From contig CBDFIJ010000004.1 in assembly GCA_965248055.1 (NCBI GenBank), positions 1,024,001 through 1,088,000 on the forward strand: a stretch of 64,000 nucleotides of DNA, in the 5' to 3' direction. A program made the translations under genes and the position numbers. The stretch's first letter is position 1, and each line of letters begins with the position of its first letter. The notes under the pieces are model-generated. The model was not told the DNA's origin. It searched no databases and was given only the letters and a program-made list of their open reading frames with translations. Of the stretch, positions 27,866-37,163 are shown piece by piece. The stretch is from Candidatus Multivoradales bacterium (GTDB taxonomy: Bacteria; Acidobacteriota; Thermoanaerobaculia; Multivoradales; JAHEKO01).

Positions 27866-28465
27866 CTATCGCGAGTAGTACTCGATGACCAACTGCACTT
27901 CGCAAATCACCGGCACTTCATCGCGCGGCGGCAGATGCTGCAGAGTGGTCTCGTAGCCGGATTCGGCGACGGAAAGATACGGCGGCAAGGTCACAGCGAC
28001 GCGGTTCTCGTTGAACATGCGTAGCTTCTGGCTCTTTTCGCGGATCGACACGACATCGTTGGTACCCACCTGGTAGGAAGGAATATCGACCTTCTTGCCG
28101 TTGACCATGATGTGGCCATGACCCACGAACTGACGCGCTGCGTAAATCGTCGGGGCAAAGCCGGCGCGATGAACCACCGAATCCAGGCGAGTCTCCAGCA
28201 ACATGATCAAGTTGTCGCCAACGACACCCTTCATCGAGCTGGCCTTCTTAAAGTAGTTGCCCATCTGGCGCTCGGAAACGTTGTACTGAAAGCGTACCCG
28301 TTGCTTCTCCAACAACTGCATTCCGTAGTTGGACATCCGGCGACGACGACGCATGCCGTGCTGCCCTGGCGGATAAGGCTTCCGTTCGCGATACTTTTCC
28401 GCTTTGGTGGTTAGCGCAATACCCAGTTTGCGCGACAGGCGGACTTTGGGGCCGTTATTCTTCAC
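27866..28465 (-). CDS. rpsD: 30S ribosomal protein S4, stand-alone form without N-terminal Zn ligands
   Basis: PPGQHG, LLEKQ, LETRLDSVV, ARQFVGHGH, KVDIPSY, VIEYYSR. Confidence 0.97.
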   Translation of the reverse strand: MKNNGPKVRLSRKLGIALTTKAEKYRERKPYPPGQHGMRRRRRMSNYGMQLLEKQRVRFQYNVSERQMGNYFKKASSMKGVVGDNLIMLLETRLDSVVHRAGFAPTIYAARQFVGHGHIMVNGKKVDIPSYQVGTNDVVSIREKSQKLRMFNENRVAVTLPPYLSVAESGYETTLQHLPPRDEVPVICEVQLVIEYYSR

Positions 28466-28734
28466 TCGATCCTCCGTGATCGGGGTGCAACCCGATCGTC
28501 TCCTACTTCTAGCCAGTTCCTCGCAACTCGTTCTTCTGATAGACGGGGTTTACGGACAGGCAACAAACGCGCTCGAAAATCGAGCGCGCAAGAACGGGGA
28601 TTTTCCTTCGAATCGTGTTGGATTGTCAATCGGAAAGGTTGATTGGGAATTCATGCGACTGGCTGAGCCACAGCCTCACCACACAGCAACCCTCGCTCTC
28701 TTGGGTGGTGAGGCTGGACCCGTCCGTTTCTCCA

Positions 28735-28925
28735 ACCAGATCCCGGCCCCCCAGCCCTCACACCCGCCGGGATGACGAAGGGTGCGCCCGCCGGGGTGAT
28801 TCATCGGCGTCATCCCCGAAGGGAGGGGGTTCTGAGGGTCGGGGATCTCTCAAGCGAAGGGGGCACACCGACGGATTACGTACTTGACTGAGATCCCGAC
28901 CCACAACCCACGCCGGGATGACGAA
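28735..28925. repeat. CGTC-type REP cluster between mqnC and rpsD
   Basis: AGATCCCGGCCCCC..GCCGGGATGACG, GTCATCCCCGAAGGG..GGGATCT. Confidence 0.85.
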
Positions 28926-28980
28926 AATAATCGACTCGATGAATTCGCGATCCGTCCCTGGCGACGGCAGGTGTCGACAC

Positions 28981-30105
28981 CTAGGCGACGACGTTTAATC
29001 GCGGCGACGCCAACCCTTGGTGCTCGGGGGTCAACGCGTGATGGTACTGCTCGGCCAACGGTGTGGTGTCGTCGCGAGTGACCATGCGTTCGTAGAGGTT
29101 GGTGCGCTGTTTGGGCTGATAGCCGGCGGCGCGGATCAGATGCTCCATTTCCTCTTGGCTCATTTGATAGGCGGTACCGGCCGCTGAAACGACATTTTCT
29201 TCAATCATGATCGAGCCCATGTCGTCGGCGCCAAACTGCAGGCCGAGCTGGCCAATCTTCTTGCCCTGGGTCACCCAACTGGCCTGAATGTGCTGGATGT
29301 TGTCGATGAACAAACGCGATACCGCCAAAGTACGCAGATACTCGTGGGCGTAGGTCTCCGGGATATCCTGCATGTCGGTGTGGTCGTGCTGGAAGGTCCA
29401 AGAAATGAAGGCGGTAAAGCCACCGGTCTCGTCCTGCAGATCGCGAATCCGCTGCATGTGCTCGACCCGCGATTCCACCGGCTCGCCCATGCCGTACATC
29501 ATGGTCGCCGAGGTTCTGAGCCTGTTCTTGTGCGCCTGGCGCATGATGTCGATCCACTCCTCAGACGAGCACTTAGGGTAGGCCAAGGTCTCCTTGCGGA
29601 TCTCGTCTTCAAGGATTTCGGCACCACCGCCGGGGATCGAATCCAGGCCAGCGTCTTTTAAAGCGGCCATCACGTCATAAAACGACATCCGTTCTTTCTT
29701 GGCAATGAACTTCACCTCAGGCGGTGAGAAGGCGTGCAGGTGAACCGCCGGATAGGCGTCGCGTAGACGGCTGAGCAGATCGGTGTAGTACGAAAGCGGC
29801 AGATCAGGATGCACCCCACCCTGCATCAAGATCCCGGTACCGTGCAGCGCCAACGTCTCCTCCACCTTCTTGGCAATCTCCTCGAACGGCAACAAGTACC
29901 CTTCGGGATCTCCCGGCTCACGATAGAAGGCGCAAAAACGACACTTGTAGACGCAAATGTTGGTGTAGTTGATGTTGCGATCGATGTTGTAGGTCGCAAC
30001 CTCGGGGTCGTTTTGGTTGTTGCGAACCCCATTCGCCCGCATCCCGAGATCGATCAGATCGCCGGTTTGTAGCAGGTCAAGAGCTGTTTCTGGGGTCATG
30101 CGCAT
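28981..30105 (-). CDS. mqnC: Cyclic dehypoxanthinyl futalosine synthase (radical SAM)
   Basis: DRNINYTNICVYKCRFCAF, QGGVHP, PGGGAEIL, MIEENVVSAAG; mqnA also in window. Confidence 0.9.
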   Translation of the reverse strand: MRMTPETALDLLQTGDLIDLGMRANGVRNNQNDPEVATYNIDRNINYTNICVYKCRFCAFYREPGDPEGYLLPFEEIAKKVEETLALHGTGILMQGGVHPDLPLSYYTDLLSRLRDAYPAVHLHAFSPPEVKFIAKKERMSFYDVMAALKDAGLDSIPGGGAEILEDEIRKETLAYPKCSSEEWIDIMRQAHKNRLRTSATMMYGMGEPVESRVEHMQRIRDLQDETGGFTAFISWTFQHDHTDMQDIPETYAHEYLRTLAVSRLFIDNIQHIQASWVTQGKKIGQLGLQFGADDMGSIMIEENVVSAAGTAYQMSQEEMEHLIRAAGYQPKQRTNLYERMVTRDDTTPLAEQYHHALTPEHQGLASPRLNVVA

Positions 30106-30164
30106 GTTGGCTCCAGCATCAAGACGCCTACTCTAGCGGTTCGTAGAAATTCAGTGAACCGCTG

Positions 30165-30671
30165 CTATGGCCTCTTCGACAAGGAAGCTCCATCCTGCCT
30201 GGCCGACCACCATGCTGAGAGGCCTTCGGAGTAGCGAAATACCATCCAACCCAAGACCACTCCGACAAGCACTTGAACGTAGTAGCTCCAATCCTCGGCG
30301 AACGTTTTGGCCAACAACGAACGGCGAGAACCTTCCAAGAGCCAAGAGATTCTTGCAGCCTCCACAACCAAAGTGGGCACAAAACGTAGCAGGAAAATGA
30401 GTCCAAGCACAGAAAACGCGATTGGCTGCAGTCGTGCCCAACCGATTTCCAGTTGTCTTTCAGCTAGATCCGAAAACATCACGCGATAGACCCACCCGGT
30501 ACCGACCAGGAGAATTAGCCCAAGTGTCGCTCGTACAACAGGGCCGACGGTAAGCCAGCCGCCACCATCGATGCCTATCACCGCAATCTGCATCGCTTGT
30601 TCTATGCCAGTCAGCAGCCACACCATGCCGAGAATCCGTAGGACGACAAAGATGGCTTCTTTGGTGCTCAT
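30165..30671 (-). CDS. Hypothetical membrane protein
   Basis: ATG 30671 with GGAGG upstream; ~4 hydrophobic segments (track ORF over-extended into M23 gene). Confidence 0.6.
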   Translation of the reverse strand: MSTKEAIFVVLRILGMVWLLTGIEQAMQIAVIGIDGGGWLTVGPVVRATLGLILLVGTGWVYRVMFSDLAERQLEIGWARLQPIAFSVLGLIFLLRFVPTLVVEAARISWLLEGSRRSLLAKTFAEDWSYYVQVLVGVVLGWMVFRYSEGLSAWWSARQDGASLSKRP

Positions 30672-30699
30672 TGTTTCGTGTGACCCTCCAACATCCGTT

Positions 30700-31488
30700 T
30701 CAGAAAGGCAACGCTTGGTAGACCACTCCCGCCCGCAATCCTCCCCGTTCATCCAACGGCCCTCCGGCATTACTGTAGTTGACCGGGACCGCGTTGGCTT
30801 TGGCGAAGTTGCGGCTGCGAAAAACTTCGAAGTGCAGATGCGGGAAGCCGCCGGTATTGCCCGAGGCGCCGTTGGATCCGAGCATCTGTCCCTGACTGAC
30901 CCTGTCGCCGACTGCCACCACCACCGACCCTTGCTGCAGATGGGTGTAGCGCACCACGCTGCCATCGTCGTGTTCGACGAAGACGTTGTTCTCATTGCCC
31001 TCGGTGTGGTCACTGTCGGAGAACTGGTCATTAGCGATGATCACCTCACCGGGACGAGAAGTGGTGATCGGTGAGCCCATCGGCAGAGCAAAATCATAGG
31101 CAAAGGTGCCCTGATGGCCGCCCGAAGGGTTGCAGTAGGACTGGGTCACTTCCCAGGCTTGGCCGACCGGATAGGGCAAGACGTAGGGAGAAGCTGCCGG
31201 ATCGCCAAAGATCGCACGGACGAGGCAAGCTTGAAGATCGTTGGCGGGAGCGGTGGGGCTGGAAGATCCACTGCACCCGGCCAGGAAACCTAGCCCCGTT
31301 AGCGCGAGCCCCAATGCCAGTACCGTTGCCCGTACCGTTGCAAGCACCCTTGTCAGCGCCATCCCCAGAGCCATTGCCGGAGTCACAGTCTGCGCCACCC
31401 CCAAGACCGTCGAAGATTTCCGTTGCCTATTCCACATCGCAGGGACGTTACCGCACTGGGGCAGCCCGGTAGAGATTTTCACTTCCAT
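30700..31488 (-). CDS. M23-family metallopeptidase lipoprotein
   Basis: LAGC lipobox; H...YD, YTHL, PHLHF motifs; start uncertain. Confidence 0.85.
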   Translation of the reverse strand: MEVKISTGLPQCGNVPAMWNRQRKSSTVLGVAQTVTPAMALGMALTRVLATVRATVLALGLALTGLGFLAGCSGSSSPTAPANDLQACLVRAIFGDPAASPYVLPYPVGQAWEVTQSYCNPSGGHQGTFAYDFALPMGSPITTSRPGEVIIANDQFSDSDHTEGNENNVFVEHDDGSVVRYTHLQQGSVVVAVGDRVSQGQMLGSNGASGNTGGFPHLHFEVFRSRNFAKANAVPVNYSNAGGPLDERGGLRAGVVYQALPF

Positions 31489-31566
31489 GGAGCTGGTCGT
31501 TTGACCGGGGCCATCTGCATCTGCGCTGTCTGCATTAGGGGGGCTGTCTATCGATAGGATGAGGGG

Positions 31567-32280
31567 ATGAAGCGTCCATGGTCAAGATTCTTCGTAACTG
31601 CTGCGTTGTTGTACGAACTCACCGCCGACGCAGCTCTGTTTTCGCAACAACCACCGGAACAGCCGTTGGGCATTGATGTCTCGCACCATTCGGGAGCGGT
31701 CGATTGGAAAGCGGTACATGCCGATGGCTACGATTTTGTCTACTTGAAAGCCACCGAAGGCGTGGACGCCGCGGACCCCACCTTCAGACAACGTTGGGCC
31801 GCACTCGGACAACTCGACCTAGCTCGAGGGGCTTATCATTTCTACGTCACCGAAGACGACCCAAAGCAACAAGCGGAGTTCTTTCTCTCCCAGGTCAACC
31901 ACCAAGCAGGCGATCTGATCCCGGTGGTGGATATCGAAATGATCGGCCACGGCACCACCGGCGACCTAGTCAAAAAGCTGCATATTTTTCTCGACCTCGT
32001 GGAACAACAGATCGGCGTGAAACCGATTCTCTACACCAGTCCGGCCTTCTGGGATCAGCACCTGGACGACTCCTTCAGTGGCTACCCACTGTGGGTAGCC
32101 GAGTATCAAGTCGACAGCCCCAAGCTTCCCCAAGGATGGAGCACCTACCTGATGTGGCAATTCGCTGGAGATGCTGAGGTTGCTGGCGTCGAACACGAGG
32201 CTGACCTGAGCAAGCTCGGACCCCATATTCAGTTGGAGGATCTAAGGCTAACCAAACTGCCCCATCCCTCCACTTCTTAG
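31567..32280 (+). CDS. GH25 lysozyme/muramidase, secreted
   Basis: GIDVSHH, KATEG, GAYHF, VDIE, PLWVAEY, WQF. Confidence 0.9.
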   Translation: MKRPWSRFFVTAALLYELTADAALFSQQPPEQPLGIDVSHHSGAVDWKAVHADGYDFVYLKATEGVDAADPTFRQRWAALGQLDLARGAYHFYVTEDDPKQQAEFFLSQVNHQAGDLIPVVDIEMIGHGTTGDLVKKLHIFLDLVEQQIGVKPILYTSPAFWDQHLDDSFSGYPLWVAEYQVDSPKLPQGWSTYLMWQFAGDAEVAGVEHEADLSKLGPHIQLEDLRLTKLPHPSTS

Positions 32281-32383
32281 CACTGTGCGAGTCCGCCACG
32301 CACGCTTCACGACGTAGTACAATTCCCATGTCAGGCGTTCATTTGAGTCCTCCCGAACGCCCGATAGCCACCAAGAATCGACT

Positions 32384-33601
32384 GTGAATTCGGCCACTCT
32401 CCCAGAACGCTCGCCAACAGCAACCGGTAGGGCCGGAGCAGCGGTGGCCGAGTCGATTTCGTCTCAGTCACCTTCAACCGAGCCGACTCTGCCACCGCGA
32501 GAATTGGGGCGCATCGTCGGTGATGCTCCCGGCCCGGTGTTGGTCTGCGTCGCTGGTTTGCACGGTAATGAACCCAGTGGAGTTGAGGCTCTCAAGATCA
32601 TCTTCAACGAGTTTTCTGATGTCCGGCTCAAGCGCGGCACGATGCTCGGTTTGACCGGCAATCGGCGCGCAGCGGCAGAGAATGTTCGTTACATCCACGA
32701 AGACCTCAATCGCATCTGGACTCTGAGCCGTGTCCACGGGATCCGATCTGATAGCTGCACCCTGGAAGCAGAAGACTTCGAAATCGCCGGCCTCGATCGA
32801 GCCTTGCGTAAGGCCAGAGAGCAGAGCGTAGGCACGCCCTATGTCTTGGATCTACACAGTACCTCTGGCCCCGGCAAAGCGTTCACCACCCTCGACGACA
32901 GCTTGGTCAATCGCGATTTCGCGTTAGCGTTTCCAGTACCCCTGGTGGTCGGTTTGGAAGAGGAATTGGCCGGCACTCTACTCAACTTCTTGACCAGCGA
33001 AGGCTGGGTCAACGCTGGTTTTGAAGGCGGCCAGCACTTGGATCCAGAATCGGTGGACCGCTCCCGGGCAGCGATTTGGATCGCCATGGAGGCTGCGGGC
33101 TTGGTCGACCGAAAGGATCGTCCGGAGATACGCGCTGCCCACCAGGCTCTAGAAAATGAACATCGCTCCATGCCCAAGGTGGTTGAGGTTCGTTATCGGC
33201 ACCACATCGGAATTGACGACCGCTACCGGACAGAACCTGGGTTTAGTTCCTTCCAACGAATCTCGGCAGGGGATCAACTCGGCACCGATCGCAACGGCTC
33301 GGTAACCTCTCCCGAAGACGGTATGCTCTTGATGCCTCTATACCAAAAGCAGGGCGAGGACGGTTTCTTTGTCACCCGACCGGTCAAGATGTTCTGGCTC
33401 CGGCTGTCGGCACGGCTCCGGCCATTGCACTTTGATCGATTGATGCGCTGGCTGCCCGGCGTGAGCCTCCATCCAGAAGTCCCCCGCACCTTGGTGGTCA
33501 ATCGCCACTACGCCCGTTGGCGTGCCCTCGAGATCTTCCATTTACTGGGATTCCGGCGAGTTGGGGTTGAGGGTCAAGAATTGATTTTCGAGCGTCGATA
33601 A
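32384..33601 (+). CDS. Succinylglutamate desuccinylase/aspartoacylase (M14-like) family protein
   Basis: GLHGNE, DLNR, LDLHST, FEGGQH. Confidence 0.85.
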   Translation: MNSATLPERSPTATGRAGAAVAESISSQSPSTEPTLPPRELGRIVGDAPGPVLVCVAGLHGNEPSGVEALKIIFNEFSDVRLKRGTMLGLTGNRRAAAENVRYIHEDLNRIWTLSRVHGIRSDSCTLEAEDFEIAGLDRALRKAREQSVGTPYVLDLHSTSGPGKAFTTLDDSLVNRDFALAFPVPLVVGLEEELAGTLLNFLTSEGWVNAGFEGGQHLDPESVDRSRAAIWIAMEAAGLVDRKDRPEIRAAHQALENEHRSMPKVVEVRYRHHIGIDDRYRTEPGFSSFQRISAGDQLGTDRNGSVTSPEDGMLLMPLYQKQGEDGFFVTRPVKMFWLRLSARLRPLHFDRLMRWLPGVSLHPEVPRTLVVNRHYARWRALEIFHLLGFRRVGVEGQELIFERR

Positions 33602-33607
33602 CGGTCG

Positions 33608-34522
33608 CTATCTCCGGCACCAATACTGAAACCCTTGTTGCTGCAAAAACTCTTCGGCACCCTCGCCCTGAAGAATAGCTAGCGTGGCAATGGCCCCTGC
33701 CTCGAGGCAGGATGGGGCGGCCACGGTAACCGAACGCGGAGCGTCGACTACCGGCCAACCGCTGCTGGGGTCGAGCACGTGGCCGTAGCGCACACCGTCC
33801 TTTTGCAAGAACCTTCGGGCATCGCCGCTGGTCGCCAATCCACCCTGATAGAAACTGACAACAGTTGGTGTGGTGGCGGGAGGCACCGGTTCGATACCCA
33901 CTTGCCAAGGACGATCACCGGCGCATGGACGCGAGACCCGGATGTCTCCTCCCAGATTAATCAACACTCCAGCGTCGACGGCTTCGGAAACCATCTGGGC
34001 GGCTCGATCCGCAGCGTATTCTTTACCGATGCCACCTAAGTCGAGCTCCATTCCCGGGGGCATTCGCAGTTCGGCGCCATCCCACGACACTCGATGCCAG
34101 CCAAGCAACGGTAGCAACGCTTCCACTTTCTTGCCTTCAGGTAAGTTGTCACTGCCATCAAATCTCCAAACTCGCCGAAGGACTCCGGAGGTCGGATCAA
34201 ACTTGCCTTCGCTGAGTTCGTAGATCTGAGACGCAAAGTCCAACAGACCGCCAGTCTCGGCGTCCACGGAAACCGGCTCTCCATGACTACCGTTGATACG
34301 GGCAATGACGTTGTCATCGCGATAGCGACTGTACTTCTGCTCGATACGCTGAGACTCCTGATGTGCCACCCGCAGTGCTTCGATCGCCTGCTGTCGATCA
34401 TCTCCTTCGACTAAGACCTCGCAGTCGCTGGCCATGGACGAAAAGCTCCCCACCCAGAATCCCTCTTCCCGACGAATTCGAGTCCCGGACCCCGACAGTC
34501 TCTCGCGAGGCCGTCTCGCCAT
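33608..34522 (-). CDS. apbE: FAD:protein FMN transferase
   Basis: FDPT, DLGGIGKEYAAD, NLGGDI, ATSG, GHVLDP..G, SVTV. Confidence 0.92.
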   Translation of the reverse strand: MARRPRERLSGSGTRIRREEGFWVGSFSSMASDCEVLVEGDDRQQAIEALRVAHQESQRIEQKYSRYRDDNVIARINGSHGEPVSVDAETGGLLDFASQIYELSEGKFDPTSGVLRRVWRFDGSDNLPEGKKVEALLPLLGWHRVSWDGAELRMPPGMELDLGGIGKEYAADRAAQMVSEAVDAGVLINLGGDIRVSRPCAGDRPWQVGIEPVPPATTPTVVSFYQGGLATSGDARRFLQKDGVRYGHVLDPSSGWPVVDAPRSVTVAAPSCLEAGAIATLAILQGEGAEEFLQQQGFQYWCRR

Positions 34523-34528
34523 CGCCGG

Positions 34529-35827
34529 TTACCAGGAGAAACCGTAGCCCAACTGTACGATCAAGGCATCCACATCGGGAAACAGGTCCAAGTCTTGTTG
34601 GACACCGAAGGCGCCCGCCGAGCCACCGTTCATCTGTTTGTAGTAGGCCGCCCGAACGCTCATCCGCCGACCCTGGCCGACTGGAAAACCATACTTGAGG
34701 CCCACGGTCACGGTGTCGAGGTCGCCCAAGCGGTAATCTGCTGTCGCGTGGTTCGGTAGAGATTCACCTTGAATCAAACTCGGGGTAAAGAAATCTGCAC
34801 CGGTCTGAGTGTAGAAGCGCAACTGCGGTTCGATAAACCGCACCCCCGTGCCTATTCGATAGTGCAATTCAAGGGTATGCGAATCAATGCCCCAGTCGTC
34901 GGTCATGTAGCGATAAGAAGTATCCAAAATACTGTCCTTCAGATGATACTTTGCCTGACCAAACAGACTGTGCTTGGTCCGAGCGTCGGGTCGACTCTCA
35001 AATCGATAGAGAAATAATCCATCCGGTCCCGCAACCGGGTCGCCTCGGGTGGGCGCCACCACACTAACTATTTTGTAGGGGTCAGTCAGATAGCCGGAAG
35101 AGCTACTCAGGGAGTAGTTCAATTGGGTAACCAACTTGCGGCTAACGATCTGCGACCAACCGAGAACCAGGTCCGACACGGTCTTGCTTTCAGAACCGAG
35201 CTTGTTGCTCTGTCTATTGACGCCCAGCATCGGTGAGAGAGCGATCGGAGAACCACCGACTGGGTCGATGCTATCTGAGGCAAAGGCAAAGCCAGCCGAG
35301 AGCGTCGTGTTGTTCTGGTTGAAGTCGCGCGAATAACGACCATTGATTCCGGCGTGTAAGTAATCGTATTCAGTAGAGAACGACAGCCCCAAGTTGACCC
35401 GGTCATGGCGGCCGAGCAACCGCTCCCAATTGGCCGCCACCGCGAAGCGGGTATCCAAGAAAGTCGAATCCAGCGGCGTCTCTCCTGGCGCCGTGGTGTA
35501 AGAGCCCTCTCCGGAAGGATTGGTGAATGTCTGAGCAACGTTCGCCGGTAGAGCCCCACTTCCTGACGCCCCGCTCAAGGTGTCAACCGTCAGCTTGAGA
35601 GTTAGTTCGTTTTCCTCACGCAGCACCTTGCGAGCGAGTACGCTAACACTGGCGTCTGATACTCGATCCGTCTCCGCATAGTAGAGAAAACCAACGTCCA
35701 GCTTCCACGGGTCGGGAGCACTGTTGCTTTCGTCAGCACGGACATGGTTGCCCTGTGCCGAGCCCAACAGGGCGCAGGCTGCGGCAGCCAAAGGACCAGC
35801 GACCTTTCTCTTTAGTTGCACCCACAA
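34529..35827 (-). CDS. DUF3570-type outer-membrane beta-barrel protein
   Basis: DTLSGAS, EYDY, GYLTDPY, RPDAR, YRYMTDDWGIDSHT; C-terminal aromatic residue; context with apbE. Confidence 0.8.
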   Translation of the reverse strand: MWVQLKRKVAGPLAAAACALLGSAQGNHVRADESNSAPDPWKLDVGFLYYAETDRVSDASVSVLARKVLREENELTLKLTVDTLSGASGSGALPANVAQTFTNPSGEGSYTTAPGETPLDSTFLDTRFAVAANWERLLGRHDRVNLGLSFSTEYDYLHAGINGRYSRDFNQNNTTLSAGFAFASDSIDPVGGSPIALSPMLGVNRQSNKLGSESKTVSDLVLGWSQIVSRKLVTQLNYSLSSSSGYLTDPYKIVSVVAPTRGDPVAGPDGLFLYRFESRPDARTKHSLFGQAKYHLKDSILDTSYRYMTDDWGIDSHTLELHYRIGTGVRFIEPQLRFYTQTGADFFTPSLIQGESLPNHATADYRLGDLDTVTVGLKYGFPVGQGRRMSVRAAYYKQMNGGSAGAFGVQQDLDLFPDVDALIVQLGYGFSW

Positions 35828-36054
35828 CCTCCACCGCCAAATCCGCGACCTCCACTCGAGGCTTCCTTACTGAAATAGATGTGGTCGTCGGTGGCCGCTT
35901 CGAGCGGATCACAAACCAGTTGCATCGACTGTTTGGCGTGCAGGTCCTTTTCCCAGGGTTGAACCGGGTTGCTGGCGCAACCCGCCAACAAGATAACGGA
36001 GCCCACGACAAGGGCTCCCCTATTGCGCCAGTAACTGTTGAATCTCAGCTTCAT
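35812..36054 (-). CDS. DUF4266-type small lipoprotein
   Basis: LAGC lipobox, VQPWEK, HIYFSKEASSGG..GGGCGCN C-terminus. Confidence 0.85.
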   Translation of the reverse strand: MKLRFNSYWRNRGALVVGSVILLAGCASNPVQPWEKDLHAKQSMQLVCDPLEAATDDHIYFSKEASSGGRGFGGGGCGCN

Positions 36055-36550
36055 ACTGCTCTGCCTCTTTACTCAAGAATCCAACGTGTCTAAATGCGAT
36101 TTTCCCATCCCGTCCCAAGACAATCGCCTCAGGCATCCCGGCCACGTGATATTGCTTAGCTAGCCTGGCCTCAGGGTCAAGCACGATCTGAAAGTTGACC
36201 GGAGTATCAGCCAGAAACTCCGCTGCAGATTCTGCTTCGCGATCGAGGTTGATCCCCAGGACCACTAGTCCGTCGTCGCGATGTTGCTCTTGAAGTTCAT
36301 CTAACCATGGAAAGGACTTGCGGCAAGGACCGCACCACGAAGCCCAGAAATCGAGGTAGACCACCTGTCCGTGATATTGATTGAGATCGAGGTCGTCAAC
36401 CGAAATTGTCGATCTGCCGGAAGCAGAGAATGCCTGATCGCTAGACACTGACCATAGACTCATGATCATCAACGTTATATACCCGAGAATCGTAGTTGGT
36501 TTCAATTTGCTCCCCGCCAGAAAAATCAGCCAGAACCTTCCATGCCCCAC
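36020..36550 (-). CDS. TlpA-family thiol:disulfide oxidoreductase
   Basis: DFWASWCGPCRKSFP; start uncertain. Confidence 0.9.
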   Translation of the reverse strand: MGHGRFWLIFLAGSKLKPTTILGYITLMIMSLWSVSSDQAFSASGRSTISVDDLDLNQYHGQVVYLDFWASWCGPCRKSFPWLDELQEQHRDDGLVVLGINLDREAESAAEFLADTPVNFQIVLDPEARLAKQYHVAGMPEAIVLGRDGKIAFRHVGFLSKEAEQYEAEIQQLLAQ

Positions 36551-36574
36551 TGCAAGCCATGGGCCAAGCCACTG

Positions 36575-36759
36575 ATCGACTGGTGCGGTCGCAAGGCCAC
36601 ATGCCCTGGCTGCCGGGGGTAATCCTGCACCCCAACGCCCCTCGCACTCTGATCGTCAACCGCCGCTATGCCCGCTGGCGCACGCTGAAGATCTTTCACT
36701 CGCTGGGATCTAGAAGGGTCGAGACCGAGGAGCAACAGTTGATTTTCGGGCGTCGCTAG
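36575..36759 (+). pseudogene. Orphan diverged copy of the astE-like gene 3' end
   Basis: WLPGVILHPNAPRTLIVNRRYARWRTLKIFHSLGSRRV..LIFGRR* vs WLPGVSLHPEVPRTLVVNRHYARWRALEIFHLLGFRRV..LIFERR*. Confidence 0.9.
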
Positions 36760-36908
36760 AGCGTCTCCTTGACCCACTCGGTCTCTCCGGGATCTGTACT
36801 CTCGCCCTTCTGGGCACACCGCGAAAACTGGTTGCGGGAATAGAGAGAGCTCTAGTTTTCTCAGTTCGACTTCTGGTCCTAAACCTGTTCAGGAGCCACA
36901 GGCAAGGG

Positions 36909-36937
36909 AAAAAGGCCCCGGACAAGTCCGGGGCCTT
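36909..36937 (-). terminator. Intrinsic terminator behind orphan dinB 3' end
   Basis: AAGGCCCCGGAC-TT-GTCCGGGGCC-TTTTT on minus strand; homologous to 38891-38921. Confidence 0.8.
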
Positions 36938-36965
36938 GGAAATCTAGGTGGTTGAGAATTGGGGA

Positions 36966-37160
36966 TTAGCCGTCAGCTCCTGTATCCCCATCTTCGCTGT
37001 CGTCACTATCTCCATCGGCACTTGCGTCATCCTGCGGCACGCTCCAGGGTGGAACGATACCCATTGACCGCTCGTAAGCGATCGATTGGCCCAGATGCTC
37101 GTGCGCGTGATTCATCAAGATCATGATGAATGCAACGCTTTGGTCTGCGGTTTTGGACCG
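36966..37160 (-). pseudogene. Orphan diverged copy of the dinB-like gene 3' end
   Basis: GPKPQT..AFIMILMNHAHEHLGQSIAYERSMGIVPPWSVPQD..DGDSDDSED..* with 2 small indels. Confidence 0.9.
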
Positions 37161-37163
37161 TAT

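Noticed and set aside
30700-32280. Prophage lysis cassette
   Set aside because: Genes are divergent, carry export signals, and no holin, structural or integrase genes are present
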